Both the position numbers and the translations under genes were made by a program. A model generated the notes under the pieces. It was not told where the DNA came from and did not search any database. It saw only the letters and a list, made by a program, of their open reading frames with translations. Below, one piece after another: positions 47,629 through 58,469 of a DNA stretch of 64,000 bases; the stretch's first letter is position 1, and every line of letters starts with the position of its first letter. This DNA is from Alphaproteobacteria bacterium (GTDB lineage Bacteria > Pseudomonadota > Alphaproteobacteria > UBA6615). The DNA is taken from positions 461,773-525,772 of the forward strand of contig CBDBHH010000005.1 of the NCBI GenBank assembly GCA_965205535.1, read 5' to 3'.

Positions 47629-49050
47629 ATGAGCCCAAACGACACACGCAAGCCAGCCAATGCGCAATGGGGCGGCCGATTCACCTCCGGACCGTCGGAG
47701 GTCATGGAACGCATCAATGCGTCCATCGGTTTTGACCAGCGCTTTTTCGCCCAGGATATTGCCGGGTCGCGCGCGCATGCCCGGATGCTTGTCGAACAGG
47801 GCATCCTCTCTGCTGAAGATGGGCAGGCCATCAATGACGGTCTAGACACGATTTCGCGAGACATCGAGGCCGGCAGGTTCGAGTTCAAGGTGGCGCTGGA
47901 AGACATCCACATGAACATCGAATCACGGCTGCGCGAACTGGTGGGCGATGCGGCGGGACGGCTGCATACAGCACGCTCGCGCAACGATCAGGTCGCGACG
48001 GACTTCAGGCTCTGGGTGCGTGACGAAATTGATGCGCTCGACGCCCAGCTCATGGGGTTGCAGGCGGCCCTGATCCAAAAGGCCGAGGCCCATGCCGGCA
48101 CCGTCATGCCCGGCTTCACCCATTTGCAGACGGCCCAGCCGGTGACCTTCGGACATCATCTGCTGGCCTATGTGGAAATGTTCGGGCGCGACCGGGGACG
48201 GCTCGCGGATGCGCGGACACGGCTGAACGAATCTCCGCTGGGCACGGGCGCACTCGCCGGGACGTCCTTTCCCATCGACAGGGCCGCGACGGCAGCCTCG
48301 CTCGGCTTCGACCGGCCGATGGCCAATTCGCTGGACGCGGTGTCCGACCGGGATTTCGCGCTCGAATTTCTCGCGGCCGCCGCGATCTGCACGACCCACG
48401 TGTCGCGCTTCGCCGAAGAGCTGGTGATCTGGTGCAGCGACGGGTTCCGGTTTATCGCCTTGTCCGATGCCTACACGACCGGCAGCTCGATGATGCCGCA
48501 GAAGCGCAACCCGGACGCGGCAGAGCTGTCGCGGGCCAAGACGGGACGTGTGTACGGCGCCTTGATCGGCCTGCTGACGGTCATGAAGGGCCTGCCGCTG
48601 GCCTATTCCAAGGACATGCAGGAAGACAAGGAGCCTGTCTTTGACGCGGCAGACTCGCTGGCGCTGGCGCTCGCGGCTATCACCGGCATGGTGAGTGATA
48701 TGCAGGCCCAGCCGGAGAATATGCGCGCCGCCTCAGGCAAGGGGCATTCCACGGCGACAGATCTCGCCGACTGGCTGGTTCGGGCCGCCGGTGTGCCGTT
48801 CCGTGACGCCCACGCGATCACAGGCTCGGTCGTGGCGCTCGCCGAGGAAAAGGGCGTGGCGTTGTCCGAACTTTCGCTCGAGGATATGCAGGGTGTTGAC
48901 CCACGGATCAGCGCCGACGTCTTTGATGTTTTGACGGTAGAGGCCTCGGTCGCCAGCCGGACCAGCTTCGGCGGTACCGCGCCGGACAATGTAGCCGCCG
49001 CCGTTGCCGAGGCCCGCACGCGGTTCCTCGCCGGCAAGCAGGGAGATTGA
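47629..49050 (+). CDS. argH: Argininosuccinate lyase
   Basis: [18 protein letters not shown]...; [12 protein letters not shown] signature. Confidence 0.9.
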   Translation: MSPNDTRKPANAQWGGRFTSGPSEVMERINASIGFDQRFFAQDIAGSRAHARMLVEQGILSAEDGQAINDGLDTISRDIEAGRFEFKVALEDIHMNIESRLRELVGDAAGRLHTARSRNDQVATDFRLWVRDEIDALDAQLMGLQAALIQKAEAHAGTVMPGFTHLQTAQPVTFGHHLLAYVEMFGRDRGRLADARTRLNESPLGTGALAGTSFPIDRAATAASLGFDRPMANSLDAVSDRDFALEFLAAAAICTTHVSRFAEELVIWCSDGFRFIALSDAYTTGSSMMPQKRNPDAAELSRAKTGRVYGALIGLLTVMKGLPLAYSKDMQEDKEPVFDAADSLALALAAITGMVSDMQAQPENMRAASGKGHSTATDLADWLVRAAGVPFRDAHAITGSVVALAEEKGVALSELSLEDMQGVDPRISADVFDVLTVEASVASRTSFGGTAPDNVAAAVAEARTRFLAGKQGD

Positions 49051-49051
49051 G

Positions 49052-49198
49052 ATGCAACATTTGGTCACCGCAACCTCCCGTCATGTGCTCGTCGCCCTGC
49101 TTTTGGCCGTGGCGCTGACCGCGTGTGGCAAGAAAGGCCCGCCCAAACCGCCCGAAGGTGAGGAAATCACCTATCCGCGCACCTATCCGACCCGCTGA
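49052..49198 (+). CDS. Small lipoprotein
   Basis: MQHLVTATSRHVLVALLLAVALTAC lipobox followed by GKKGPPKPPEGEE; small protein between argH and lysA. Confidence 0.6.
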   Translation: MQHLVTATSRHVLVALLLAVALTACGKKGPPKPPEGEEITYPRTYPTR

Positions 49199-49246
49199 GT
49201 TCGCCCGGCCGACGGACAGATTATCTGTCGGCCCAGAGACAACGTC

Positions 49247-50515
49247 ATGAGCCATTTCGAATATAAGAAGGGCGAACTTTACGCCGAGGACGTCCCGCTT
49301 TCGCGCATCGCCGAAGCCGTGGGAACGCCGGTCTACGTCTATTCCGAAACCGCACTCACCGACGCCTATCGGCGCTTTGCGGGCGCGCTCGCCGACGCCG
49401 GCCTCGACGCGCGGGTCTGCTATGCCATGAAGGCCAATTCGAACCTGGCTGTCATACGCGCCCTGGCGGCGTGCGGGGCGGGCGCCGACGTGGTGTCCGG
49501 CGGGGAGCTGGCGCGTGCGTTGGCAGTGAACGTCGATCCCGCAGAGATCGTGTTTTCCGGTGTCGGCAAGACCGGCGATGAAATGCGCCAGGCCATCGCG
49601 GCCAATATCGGTCAGTTCAACGTCGAATCCATTCCCGAGCTGGAGCGCCTTTCAGAGGCGGCAAACGCGTCCGGCGCGTCCGTCAATGTGGCGGTGCGCG
49701 TGAACCCGGACGTGGATGCCGATACCCACCACAAGATTTCAACCGGACGCCATCACGACAAGTTCGGCATCGACATCGATCTCGCCCGCGAGGTTTATGC
49801 GCGCGCCGCCGCATTGCCGGGCATCAACCCGAACGCGGTGGCGGTGCATATCGGCAGTCAGCTGACGGATCTGTCGCCTTTCCGTGCGGCCTTCACGCGC
49901 GTCGCGTCGCTGGTGCAAGTGCTGCGCACCGATGGCCACGACATTATCAAGCTGGACCTCGGCGGCGGCCTTGGCATCGACTATGGGCATCACACCCCGC
50001 CCGACCCGCACGACTACGCCGCCATCGTCGCCGAGACCGTCGGCGATCTGGGCTGCACACTCGTGTTTGAGCCCGGCCGGTATCTCGCCGGGCCCGCAGG
50101 CGTGTTGCTCACCAACATCATCTACATCAAGGATGCCGAAACCCGCAGCTTCGCCATCGTCGATGCCGCCATGAACGACCTCGTGCGACCGGCCATGTAT
50201 GACGCCCATCATGAAGTGCTGTCGGTGCGCCAACCCGATTCGGACGATGCCACCCACAGCTACGATATCGTCGGCCCCGTCTGCGAGACCGGCGACACCT
50301 TCGCAACCCAGCGGGACCTGCCGGTCCTGGCGGCGGGTGAACTTGTCGTGATCCGCGATGCCGGTGCCTATGGCGCCGTGATGGCTTCGGGTTACAATAG
50401 TCGCCCGCTGATCGCCGAAGTACTCGTCCGTGGCACCGATTTCAGCGTTGTACGTGCGCGCCAGGAAATTGCCGCAATGCTGGCGCAGGAAACATTGGCA
50501 GGCTGGCAGACCTAG
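49247..50515 (+). CDS. lysA: Diaminopimelate decarboxylase
   Basis: 422 aa PLP fold-III decarboxylase with CYAMKAN motif. Confidence 0.9.
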   Translation: MSHFEYKKGELYAEDVPLSRIAEAVGTPVYVYSETALTDAYRRFAGALADAGLDARVCYAMKANSNLAVIRALAACGAGADVVSGGELARALAVNVDPAEIVFSGVGKTGDEMRQAIAANIGQFNVESIPELERLSEAANASGASVNVAVRVNPDVDADTHHKISTGRHHDKFGIDIDLAREVYARAAALPGINPNAVAVHIGSQLTDLSPFRAAFTRVASLVQVLRTDGHDIIKLDLGGGLGIDYGHHTPPDPHDYAAIVAETVGDLGCTLVFEPGRYLAGPAGVLLTNIIYIKDAETRSFAIVDAAMNDLVRPAMYDAHHEVLSVRQPDSDDATHSYDIVGPVCETGDTFATQRDLPVLAAGELVVIRDAGAYGAVMASGYNSRPLIAEVLVRGTDFSVVRARQEIAAMLAQETLAGWQT

Positions 50516-50555
50516 AAACGCGCCGTCCCGACTGACGGCCACATCAGGGGCCGAA

Positions 50556-53063
50556 TTGAGCGACTGGAACGGACATCCTCTAAGCGACGACGAAACGCGG
50601 GCCCCCGCGCATCTCGGTTTACGCCGGGTGGTCGCGCGCACGGCCATGTTCTGGGAACGAGCCTGGCCCGCACTTTGGCCCGCCGTCGGGGTCGCAGGAC
50701 TGTTTCTCGCTCTTGCCCTCCTGGGCGGCCTGGCGGCATTGCCCGGCTGGGTCCACGGGCTGCTGCTTCTCGGGTTTGCCATAGTATTTGCCCTGCAGGT
50801 ATGGCGCGGCGTCCGCCGCATTCACCCGCCGACGAGCGCTGAAGCGACGCGACGCCTGGAAACCGATTCCGACCTTCCCCACCGTCCGTTGACGGTGATC
50901 GAGGACAGACCGGCCATCGGTGTGATTGACCCCGAAACCGACCGACTCTGGCGTTTACACCTGGCCCAAGCCGCAGCGGCGGCGCGCAACATCCAGCTGC
51001 GCTGGCCCCATCCGAACCTGGCGGGCCGCGACCCGTATGCCTTGCGGATCGCACTCGGCATGATGCTGGTCGTCGGCGTTTTCGCAGCCGGCGGAGATGC
51101 GAAAACCCGGCTGACACAGGCATTCACACCCGACCTTCAGGGGTTGACGGATGGCTCCTCCGCCAGTCTGGAACTCTGGGTTACCCCGCCCGACTACACC
51201 GGCCTGCCGCCACGCCTGCTCGCGAGTGCCGACCCGAAAGCGACCGCCGACCTCAACGACGCTGGTGAAAGAGAAATCTCGATCCCCGTCGGCAGCTCTG
51301 TCCTGGCACAGGTCAGCCATGCGCGGCGTGTGCCGAGCCTGAGTATCGGTGAGGCGAGCCAGGAACTGATGTCGGTCTCGGAGACCGGCTGGCAGATCGA
51401 GGCCGTTCTCGGCGATATCGGCCCTCAAACTCTGGGCGTGAGCGCGTCCGGGCGGACCATCGGCGAATGGCAGGTCAATGTTCTGCCGGATACCGTACCG
51501 GAGATCACTTTCGTCGATTCCCCCCAGGGAACCGCCAGCAATACCCTGCAACTCAGCTACGACGGCAAGGATGATCACGGAATCATCGAGGTCTCGGCCG
51601 AGATCACTTGGCCGGGCGTGGTCAGCAATCAGTCGTTCCAGCCCGTCGCCATCGAACTGCCCCTGCCCCGCCCGGACGCGCGCAATGGCAGCGCCGTCAG
51701 CGTCCACGACCTGACCGAGCATCCGTGGGCGGGCCTCGAAGTCGATGTGCGCCTCACGGCGCGCGACGGCCTCGGGCAGACCAGCCACACCGACAGGCTT
51801 GCCGTGTTGCTACCGGAACGGAACTTCAACCACCCGGTGGCACGTGAAATCATCGAGCAACGCCGTGTCCTGGCGCTGTCGCCCGACAACCGGCGCGAGG
51901 TTGCACGTTCTCTCCACAATATCGGCAGTTTCCCGCAGCGGTTTGGCAACGACGTCGTGGTCTTCCTGGCTTTGATGAGCGCCCGGTCACGGCTCGTCCA
52001 CGGAAACCCGACAACCAACGTGACGCCGATCCTTTCGCAACTCTGGGACACAGCACTTCGGCTGGAAGACGGGGCGCTTTCGCTCACACAACGCGAACTC
52101 GCCGAACTTCAGGAACAACTCCAGCAGGCGATCGAGGACGGCGCCAGCGACGAAGAAATCCAGGCCCTCATGGAGGAACTGCGAGAAGCGCTCGACCGTT
52201 ATCTCCAAGCCCTCGCGCAGAATCTGTCCCAGGCGCTCGAAGGGATGGATCTGTCCCTGCTGCCCGAGGCCGGCGAAGAACTCGATGTTATCGACCAGGC
52301 GGCCATCCAGGAACTGCTTGAGCAGCTGGAACAGATGGCGCGCCTTGGAGACACACAAAGCGTCGAACAGCTCCTCGAACGCATGCAACAGATGCTCCAG
52401 GCCCTGCGCGACGCCCCCAACCAGCTGCAGCGACAATCCAATTCGCCCGCACAGGAAATGCTGCGCGATCTCCAGGACGTGGTGCAGCGCCAGCAGGAAT
52501 TACAGGACGAAGTCTTCCAGCGAAATCAGCGCGGCGAACGCCTGTCGGAGGAAGAAGCCCAGCGCCTGCGCGAGGCGCAGAACGAAATCCGCCGCCGGCT
52601 CGGCGAGATGATGCGGCGACTGGGTGAGATGGCTGAGCAGATCCCCGAAAATCTCGGCAATGCCGAGGATGCAATGGGCGACGCGGAGAGCGCGCTCGAG
52701 GGCGGCGACCTGCCGGGTGCGCTGGGCGACCAGGCCCGCGCGCTGGCCGAACTGCAGCAGGGGGCACAGAGCATGGCGCTTCGAATGATGCGCCAGCCCG
52801 GCCAGGGCCAGGGGCCGGGACAGCAGCAGGGCGGCGTTGTGCAACCGGGCCAGGAAGGCTTCGATCCGCTGGGACGGCAGCTGACCGGAGAGGACCCGGA
52901 CCAGCAAGGCAATGCCACAGATGGCACAGGACGAGGCATCGGCGACGGAGAAAAGGCGCTCCGGGCGCTCGAAATCTTTGATGAGTTGCGTCGTCGCGCC
53001 CTGGACCAGACGCGACCGACCCTGGAAAGAAACTATCTCGAACGGTTGCTACGCCGGTTCTAG
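50556..53063 (+). CDS. Large conserved membrane-anchored protein with long Gln/Glu-rich coiled coil (TIGR02302/DUF4175-like)
   Basis: N-terminal TM segments followed by an approximately 250-aa QLQQ/EEL-rich helical region. Start uncertain: TTG at 50556, ATG at 50646, or GTG at 50430 overlapping lysA. Confidence 0.65.
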   Translation: MSDWNGHPLSDDETRAPAHLGLRRVVARTAMFWERAWPALWPAVGVAGLFLALALLGGLAALPGWVHGLLLLGFAIVFALQVWRGVRRIHPPTSAEATRRLETDSDLPHRPLTVIEDRPAIGVIDPETDRLWRLHLAQAAAAARNIQLRWPHPNLAGRDPYALRIALGMMLVVGVFAAGGDAKTRLTQAFTPDLQGLTDGSSASLELWVTPPDYTGLPPRLLASADPKATADLNDAGEREISIPVGSSVLAQVSHARRVPSLSIGEASQELMSVSETGWQIEAVLGDIGPQTLGVSASGRTIGEWQVNVLPDTVPEITFVDSPQGTASNTLQLSYDGKDDHGIIEVSAEITWPGVVSNQSFQPVAIELPLPRPDARNGSAVSVHDLTEHPWAGLEVDVRLTARDGLGQTSHTDRLAVLLPERNFNHPVAREIIEQRRVLALSPDNRREVARSLHNIGSFPQRFGNDVVVFLALMSARSRLVHGNPTTNVTPILSQLWDTALRLEDGALSLTQRELAELQEQLQQAIEDGASDEEIQALMEELREALDRYLQALAQNLSQALEGMDLSLLPEAGEELDVIDQAAIQELLEQLEQMARLGDTQSVEQLLERMQQMLQALRDAPNQLQRQSNSPAQEMLRDLQDVVQRQQELQDEVFQRNQRGERLSEEEAQRLREAQNEIRRRLGEMMRRLGEMAEQIPENLGNAEDAMGDAESALEGGDLPGALGDQARALAELQQGAQSMALRMMRQPGQGQGPGQQQGGVVQPGQEGFDPLGRQLTGEDPDQQGNATDGTGRGIGDGEKALRALEIFDELRRRALDQTRPTLERNYLERLLRRF

Positions 53064-53099
53064 GGAGCGACCGGTCGCACGACCCGTCGCGCCGGACAA

Positions 53100-53480
53100 T
53101 CAGTGCGTTTGCTGATTGCGCTGTGACATCGCGTCTTCCGCGGCATCACATATCTGCTTCAGACTAAACGGCTTGGCGATCACCTCGTGGATGAGTTCCT
53201 CGAGATTATGTGCCCGCTGCCGCTCGGCGGCATATCCGGTCATCATCAGGATCGCGGTCCTGGGATGTTCCTTGGCGACTTTCAGCGCCAATGCGATGCC
53301 GTCCATTCCCGGCATCACGATATCGGTGATCAGCAGATCAAATTTCTCATCCATGCCCAACGCATCAAGCGCGTCGAGGCCGTCATTGGCCGTCGCCACG
53401 TCATGCCCGCCATGGGTCAGCGCACGGCGCACGAACTCGCGCACCGCACCGTCATCTTCAGCTATCAGAACTCGCGCCAT
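53100..53480 (-). CDS. Single-domain response regulator (CheY-like receiver; CpdR-like)
   Basis: MARVLIAEDD...DLLITDIVMPGMDG receiver motifs. No output domain. Confidence 0.75.
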   Translation of the reverse strand: MARVLIAEDDGAVREFVRRALTHGGHDVATANDGLDALDALGMDEKFDLLITDIVMPGMDGIALALKVAKEHPRTAILMMTGYAAERQRAHNLEELIHEVIAKPFSLKQICDAAEDAMSQRNQQTH

Positions 53481-53623
53481 TTCATCTCCACCCCATAATC
53501 CTCGCGGGCATTGCTCGCCCGCAAAGTCCTCCCCGACCTTGTCCGACGTCGCCATGGACAAGGGACTGGACCGTCTTTCACCAGGGCAGACCCCGCAACG
53601 GCGGAGGGAGTGACGATCACGTG

Positions 53624-54286
53624 TTAGGGATTTTCGTCGGGATTGGTAAACAAAACGCTAACGTTCGCCGCATTCGCCGGGACTTCTCCGGTTTGTGAGG
53701 TAAACGAAGCCCGTTCACCGGGGCCGAGACGCGCGGTGTCGATTGTAAACGACCATGACTTGAGAGTGTTCTTGTCACCATCTGAAATCAGGACGTAGAG
53801 CACAGGAATATCGCGCGCGCCGTTGGAGACGTTGATCACCTCGCCCTTCAGGGCAAGCATCCCGTCCTCCGCCGAAACATTGAACTCCACCTCCAGGCCT
53901 TCACCCGGTGGCGGGAAAGCGTCGATGCCAACGCTGGCGTAAATCGCCTCGGCCTGCGGGATGGCGAGTGCAATCGGCGCGCGGCCAAACCACAAAACTG
54001 CCAGGATCGCCACCAGCAGCACCGCCGACACCACCCATGCCGTGCGCGCACCCCGACCCGAGCGCAATTGACGAAGTGCCGGCACATTGCGCCGGGTGCC
54101 GCGTGACTCCTCCTCGGGATCATACGGCGTCACTTCGATGGGAATCGGTGAATCCTCTTCCACTTCCGGCATCGATTCGTACCAGACATGGGCGCACTTG
54201 CCGCACTTCACGCGCCGTCCGTCGGGCGCAAGGTGCGCCGCGTCGATCGCAAACCGCGTATGGCAGTCAGGGCAACTCAGGATCAT
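53624..54286 (-). CDS. Zinc-ribbon (MJ0042-type) domain membrane protein
   Basis: MILSCPDCHTRFAI...KCGKCAHVW double CxxC motif followed by a TM segment. Confidence 0.7.
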   Translation of the reverse strand: MILSCPDCHTRFAIDAAHLAPDGRRVKCGKCAHVWYESMPEVEEDSPIPIEVTPYDPEEESRGTRRNVPALRQLRSGRGARTAWVVSAVLLVAILAVLWFGRAPIALAIPQAEAIYASVGIDAFPPPGEGLEVEFNVSAEDGMLALKGEVINVSNGARDIPVLYVLISDGDKNTLKSWSFTIDTARLGPGERASFTSQTGEVPANAANVSVLFTNPDENP

Positions 54287-54522
54287 CGTTTGGTTATCGC
54301 CGTCGCAGGTAAATCAATTCTGAAGACCAAGTATAAACCATTCGGAGGCTCGGATCGCGAATCGGAATTTACGCGGCACGAATGACAAAGAGAAGCGTGC
54401 TGCGAGGTCTGTCCAATGGCTTTACCCCCGGGTTGCATCATGCCAACGTGATCGACGAGCAGGGCCGAGTCGAAATCTGCGTATTTCCCGGTCTCCCCCG
54501 CCCCAACCGGAGGCGCCTTTTC

Positions 54523-55227
54523 GTGTTGCGCTTCGAAAATGTCGGAATGCGCTACGGCATCGGGCCGGAGGTTCTGCGCGATATCAGCTTCTCGCTCGCA
54601 CCGGGATCGTTTCACTTCCTGACCGGATCCAGCGGTGCCGGCAAAACCACATTGCTGAAGCTGATGTATCTCGCCCTGCGTCCCACCCGGGGCCTGGTCC
54701 ACCTGTTCGACAGGGACATTTCCGTGACCCCGCGCGGCGACCTCCCGGCGCTGCGCCGCCGCGTGGGTGTGGTCTTTCAGGACTTCCGCCTGATCGATCA
54801 TCTGACGGCCGTCGAGAACGTCGCGTTGCCGCTGCGCGTGAATGGGGGACAGCACGCCGAAATCGACACCCATGTACGCGAACTGCTGAGCTGGGTCGGA
54901 CTGGGTGATCGTCTCGATGCCCGTCCATCAACATTGTCCGGCGGCCAGCAGCAACGCGTTGCCATCGCGCGCGCCGTCATCAACCGCCCCCATCTGCTGC
55001 TCGCCGATGAACCGACCGGCAATGTCGACGACCATATCGCGGTTCGTCTGATGCATCTGTTCGAGGAACTCAACAAGGCCGGCACGACCATCGTAATCGC
55101 GACCCACAACAAGGCGCTGCTCGAAGAATTCGGCCACCCTGTACTCCAGCTCAACGATGGCGAACTTGCCGTCCGCCGCAAGCTTCCCTCGTCCGCGGCG
55201 ACTTCTCCCGATGCGGATGCGACGTGA
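54523..55227 (+). CDS. ftsE: Cell division ATP-binding protein FtsE
   Basis: GSSGAGKTT Walker A, LSGGQQQRVAIARA signature, LLLADEPTGNVD Walker B. GTG start preceded by a GGAGG SD. The ORF extends upstream to 54382, but that extension is non-homologous. Confidence 0.85.
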   Translation: MLRFENVGMRYGIGPEVLRDISFSLAPGSFHFLTGSSGAGKTTLLKLMYLALRPTRGLVHLFDRDISVTPRGDLPALRRRVGVVFQDFRLIDHLTAVENVALPLRVNGGQHAEIDTHVRELLSWVGLGDRLDARPSTLSGGQQQRVAIARAVINRPHLLLADEPTGNVDDHIAVRLMHLFEELNKAGTTIVIATHNKALLEEFGHPVLQLNDGELAVRRKLPSSAATSPDADAT

Positions 55228-56099
55228 TGCTGGGACGCCGGACCGATTTGCCGTTTGAGCGCGACCAGTCCACCCGGTTTCTCCCCTGGATTGTGGCGCT
55301 GATGGTTTTTCTCGGTGCATTGATGTTCGCCGGTGCATTGGTCGTCTCCGACACCATCGACAGCTGGGACAGCACCTTGACCGGACGGATGACAGTCCAG
55401 ATTCCCCATGAATCGGCCACGGACACGGCCACGGAAACTTTGGTCACGATGCTCGCTGCGACGCCGGGCGTGAATGCGGTCCGGTCGGTCCCGACCGACG
55501 AAGCGCGCGCCCTTCTCATTCCCTGGCTCGGCGAGGAGGTTGTGGATTCGGGGCTCCCCATACCCTCATTAATCGACGTCGAACTGGTCGCCGGCGCGCG
55601 TCTCAATGCCAGTTTGCTCGCGGCCAGATTATCCAAATCCGTACCCGGAACGACGGTGGATGACCATCGGGAATGGCTGTCCGCGCTCATAAATCTGGGC
55701 CGAGCCGCAGAAATACTCGCCTTTCTCATCCTCGGGTTAATCGCTTCAGCCGCCGTCGTCGCCGTAATTTTCACGACGCGGAGTGGACTGGCGGTTCACG
55801 CCGCCATCATCGAACTTCTCCATCAGATGGGCGCCCATGACACCTACATCGCGGGCCAGTTCCAGATACAGGCGATGCAGCTGTCACTGCGTGGCGGGAT
55901 CGCCGGCGCCGTCGCGGCATCAGTTGTGCTCCTCACCTTCGCCTGGGTCGGACAGGGCATCGATGCAGCCTTCCTCCCGCCTGTCACGCTGTCCGTCGCC
56001 GAATGGATCGCGCTCCTGATCGTGCCCGCCGGTGCGGTCGCCATTGCCATGCTCACGGCACGACTGACTGTCCTGCGCGCGCTCGCGCGTATGCCGTAA
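55224..56099 (+). CDS. ftsX: Cell division permease FtsX
   Basis: 4-TM FtsX pattern; overlaps the ftsE stop. Confidence 0.8.
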   Translation: MMLGRRTDLPFERDQSTRFLPWIVALMVFLGALMFAGALVVSDTIDSWDSTLTGRMTVQIPHESATDTATETLVTMLAATPGVNAVRSVPTDEARALLIPWLGEEVVDSGLPIPSLIDVELVAGARLNASLLAARLSKSVPGTTVDDHREWLSALINLGRAAEILAFLILGLIASAAVVAVIFTTRSGLAVHAAIIELLHQMGAHDTYIAGQFQIQAMQLSLRGGIAGAVAASVVLLTFAWVGQGIDAAFLPPVTLSVAEWIALLIVPAGAVAIAMLTARLTVLRALARMP

Positions 56100-56716
56100 T
56101 GGCCCGCAAGCCAAAACGTCGTTGGCGGCGGATTTTTCTCCCTTTCGGGTTGCTGATCATTGCCTGGATCATCGGCCTGTTTGTGTTCGTCGAACGCATC
56201 CCGGCGGTGGCCGGGGACCGGGATCGCGGCCTTCAAACCGATGCCATCGTCGTTCTGACCGGCGGGCGGGGCCGGGTCGAGCTGGGCACTGCATTGCTGG
56301 CGCGCTCGGCAGCGCAAAAAATGCTGATCTCGGGGGTTGGCCCGAACGTCTCGCCGCGCGACGTAATCCCCCCCACACGGCTTGAATCCACCATCCTTGA
56401 TTGCTGCGTCACCCTGGGGCGGGCGGCGCGCAACACCCGGGAGAATGCGGTCGAAACCGCCGGCTGGGTCGCGGCCAACGATATCGGCAGCCTGCGCCTC
56501 GTCACCGCCGACTTTCACATGCCCCGCAGTCTGCTCGAATTCCACTCCCGCCTGCCCCGGACCAAGATCGTGCCTGATCCGGTCAGGTCGGAGAATGTGC
56601 ACCTGTCGCGTTGGTGGTTCTGGCCCGGCACGGCATTTCTGCTGGCCCGGGAATACAACAAGTATCTGGCCGCCCGGGTGCGTGTCTTCGCAACCCGCGT
56701 CGTGGACCGGGGTTAG
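56099..56716 (+). CDS. YdcF-family (DUF218) protein
   Basis: MARKPKRRW..; conserved DUF218 core VVLTGG. Confidence 0.65.
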   Translation: MARKPKRRWRRIFLPFGLLIIAWIIGLFVFVERIPAVAGDRDRGLQTDAIVVLTGGRGRVELGTALLARSAAQKMLISGVGPNVSPRDVIPPTRLESTILDCCVTLGRAARNTRENAVETAGWVAANDIGSLRLVTADFHMPRSLLEFHSRLPRTKIVPDPVRSENVHLSRWWFWPGTAFLLAREYNKYLAARVRVFATRVVDRG

Positions 56717-56722
56717 ACCGGG

Positions 56723-57481
56723 ATGCGACCCGTTCTGTTCACCATCCTGTTTTATGGCTGGACGACCCTGGCAGGGATCCTGGTTTTACCGCTCCTGCTC
56801 GGGCCGCCCCGACCGCTGATGGCCTATAGCCGGTTCTGGATTCGCGGCGCGCTCTGGCTGCTGCGAATCACCGTCGGGTTGTCGCATCGGGTCGTGGGGC
56901 GCGAAAACATTCCCATCGGCCCCGCTTTGTTCGCGGTCAAACATCAATCTGCATGGGACACACTGGCGATCAATCTGATCGTCAAAGACGCGGCCATCGT
57001 CCTGAAACGCGAGCTGACCTGGATCCCGCTGTTCGGCTGGTGCCTGCTCCGTACACGACAGATAGCCATTGATCGCGCGGGTGGCATGTCGGCCTTGCGC
57101 GGCATGGTCAAGGCTGCGCGCGCAGCGCTGTCCGACGGGCGCCACATCGTTATCTACCCCGAGGGAACCCGTGTGGCGCCGGGCTTGAAGCTGCCTTATC
57201 ACGCCGGGGTATCTGCGCTCCATGGCGCGCTCGATGTGCCCGTTGTACCCGTCGCCCTGAACTCCGGCGTGTTTTGGCCACGGCGGTCGCTCAAGCTGCG
57301 ACCCGGGGTCATCACAATCGAGTTTCTGCCCCCCTTGCCGGCCGATCTCACGCGGCGCGATTTCACCGAAACGCTTGAAACAGCGATAGAAGACGCCTCA
57401 GAACGGTTGTACCGGGAAACCCGTCCGACAACCGTCCGACCGGACGAGGGTAAGGCTGTGGATAAAGTTGTGGACGACTGA
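56723..57481 (+). CDS. plsC: 1-acyl-sn-glycerol-3-phosphate acyltransferase
   Basis: H(x4)D-like motif AVKHQSAWD and the PEGTR motif. Confidence 0.8.
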   Translation: MRPVLFTILFYGWTTLAGILVLPLLLGPPRPLMAYSRFWIRGALWLLRITVGLSHRVVGRENIPIGPALFAVKHQSAWDTLAINLIVKDAAIVLKRELTWIPLFGWCLLRTRQIAIDRAGGMSALRGMVKAARAALSDGRHIVIYPEGTRVAPGLKLPYHAGVSALHGALDVPVVPVALNSGVFWPRRSLKLRPGVITIEFLPPLPADLTRRDFTETLETAIEDASERLYRETRPTTVRPDEGKAVDKVVDD

Positions 57482-57821
57482 CAGGCCACCGGGCCGCCAA
57501 GCGAATGGCTAATTGGTGGCGAGTAAAAATCATCCTTTGCGAGAACCGGCGGGCGTTGTTGCACCAATATTCTCTGTTTATTTCAGTTATCTTTCACACC
57601 TGCCGCAATAGCACGCTCACTTTCCCTTTCGGCCGGACGCGAAACGACGACAAAATCGATGTTTTCCGCTTTGAAGATGACCGGGAATGTTGATTCACGT
57701 CTATCCGAACGCCGCCAACGAGACCCCATCAGCCGACATTGCGGTTCTGTGGATAAACCGCCACCCGGCACTCCTCGTGAGACGGAACCGGTTGCAATAG
57801 TTCAGAATTAGCAAGTGCGAG

Positions 57822-58469
57822 TTATACCGGCTCGCCGACAGCGTGCCGGGTCGCCAGCCGGTGCAAACGGCGCAGGGGCTGATCGGCAATCCCAAGTTCG
57901 TCGAGATGGCTCACCGTGTTGCTCAGATACTCGGTATTCGGTCCGCTGCGGCCATGTCCCTGCAAGATAAGACGCAATGCCTCGTCCTCGGAAAGCCGGC
58001 CGGCGTACTGAATGTGATTATGTGCCGCCGTGTAGGTGTGGGCCCTGACCGTCTTGCCGCCAATCCGGGCCGTCACCCAGCGCGGCATATACACCCGTGT
58101 CACCATTTCACGGCTGATCAGATACTCGACCGCGGCTTCCGCATGTTCGACCGCGACCCTGTAGGCCACGCCGTTGCAACTGCCACCATTGTCGAGACCG
58201 AGCACCAGACCGGGCCGTTCCCGGGTACCCCGGTAAACATGAGAATAGACGCAGAAGGAGCGGTGATAGCCATGAACTTGCGCGCGCGCGCGGTCAACAA
58301 ACGGGAAATCAGGTCGCCACATCAGCGAGCCATAGCCGAAGATCCACAAATCCTCGCCCGGCGGATGGGTTGCCATGACCGCACGCAACGTCCAGTCCAG
58401 CTCATCCTCGGTCAGCTCGTACTGATCGGTCAGATGGGCGAGATCGGGCTGTTCTTTCACAATCGACAT
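57822..58469 (-). CDS. chaC: Gamma-glutamylcyclotransferase, ChaC family
   Basis: Start MSIVKEQPD; LWIFGYGSLMW signature. Confidence 0.8.
   Translation of the reverse strand: MSIVKEQPDLAHLTDQYELTEDELDWTLRAVMATHPPGEDLWIFGYGSLMWRPDFPFVDRARAQVHGYHRSFCVYSHVYRGTRERPGLVLGLDNGGSCNGVAYRVAVEHAEAAVEYLISREMVTRVYMPRWVTARIGGKTVRAHTYTAAHNHIQYAGRLSEDEALRLILQGHGRSGPNTEYLSNTVSHLDELGIADQPLRRLHRLATRHAVGEPV

Noticed and set aside
52000-52900. Nucleotide-level tandem repeat or CRISPR-like array suggested by the repetitive QLQQ/EEL translation
   Set aside because: The repetition is at the amino-acid composition level (coiled coil), not regular DNA direct repeats with spacers. No CRISPR repeats were seen anywhere in the window.
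54382-54522. Long N-terminal extension of FtsE (ORF starts at 54382)
   Set aside because: The extension has no similarity to FtsE N-termini. A GTG with a GGAGG SD at 54523 gives the canonical (M)LRFENVGMRY start.
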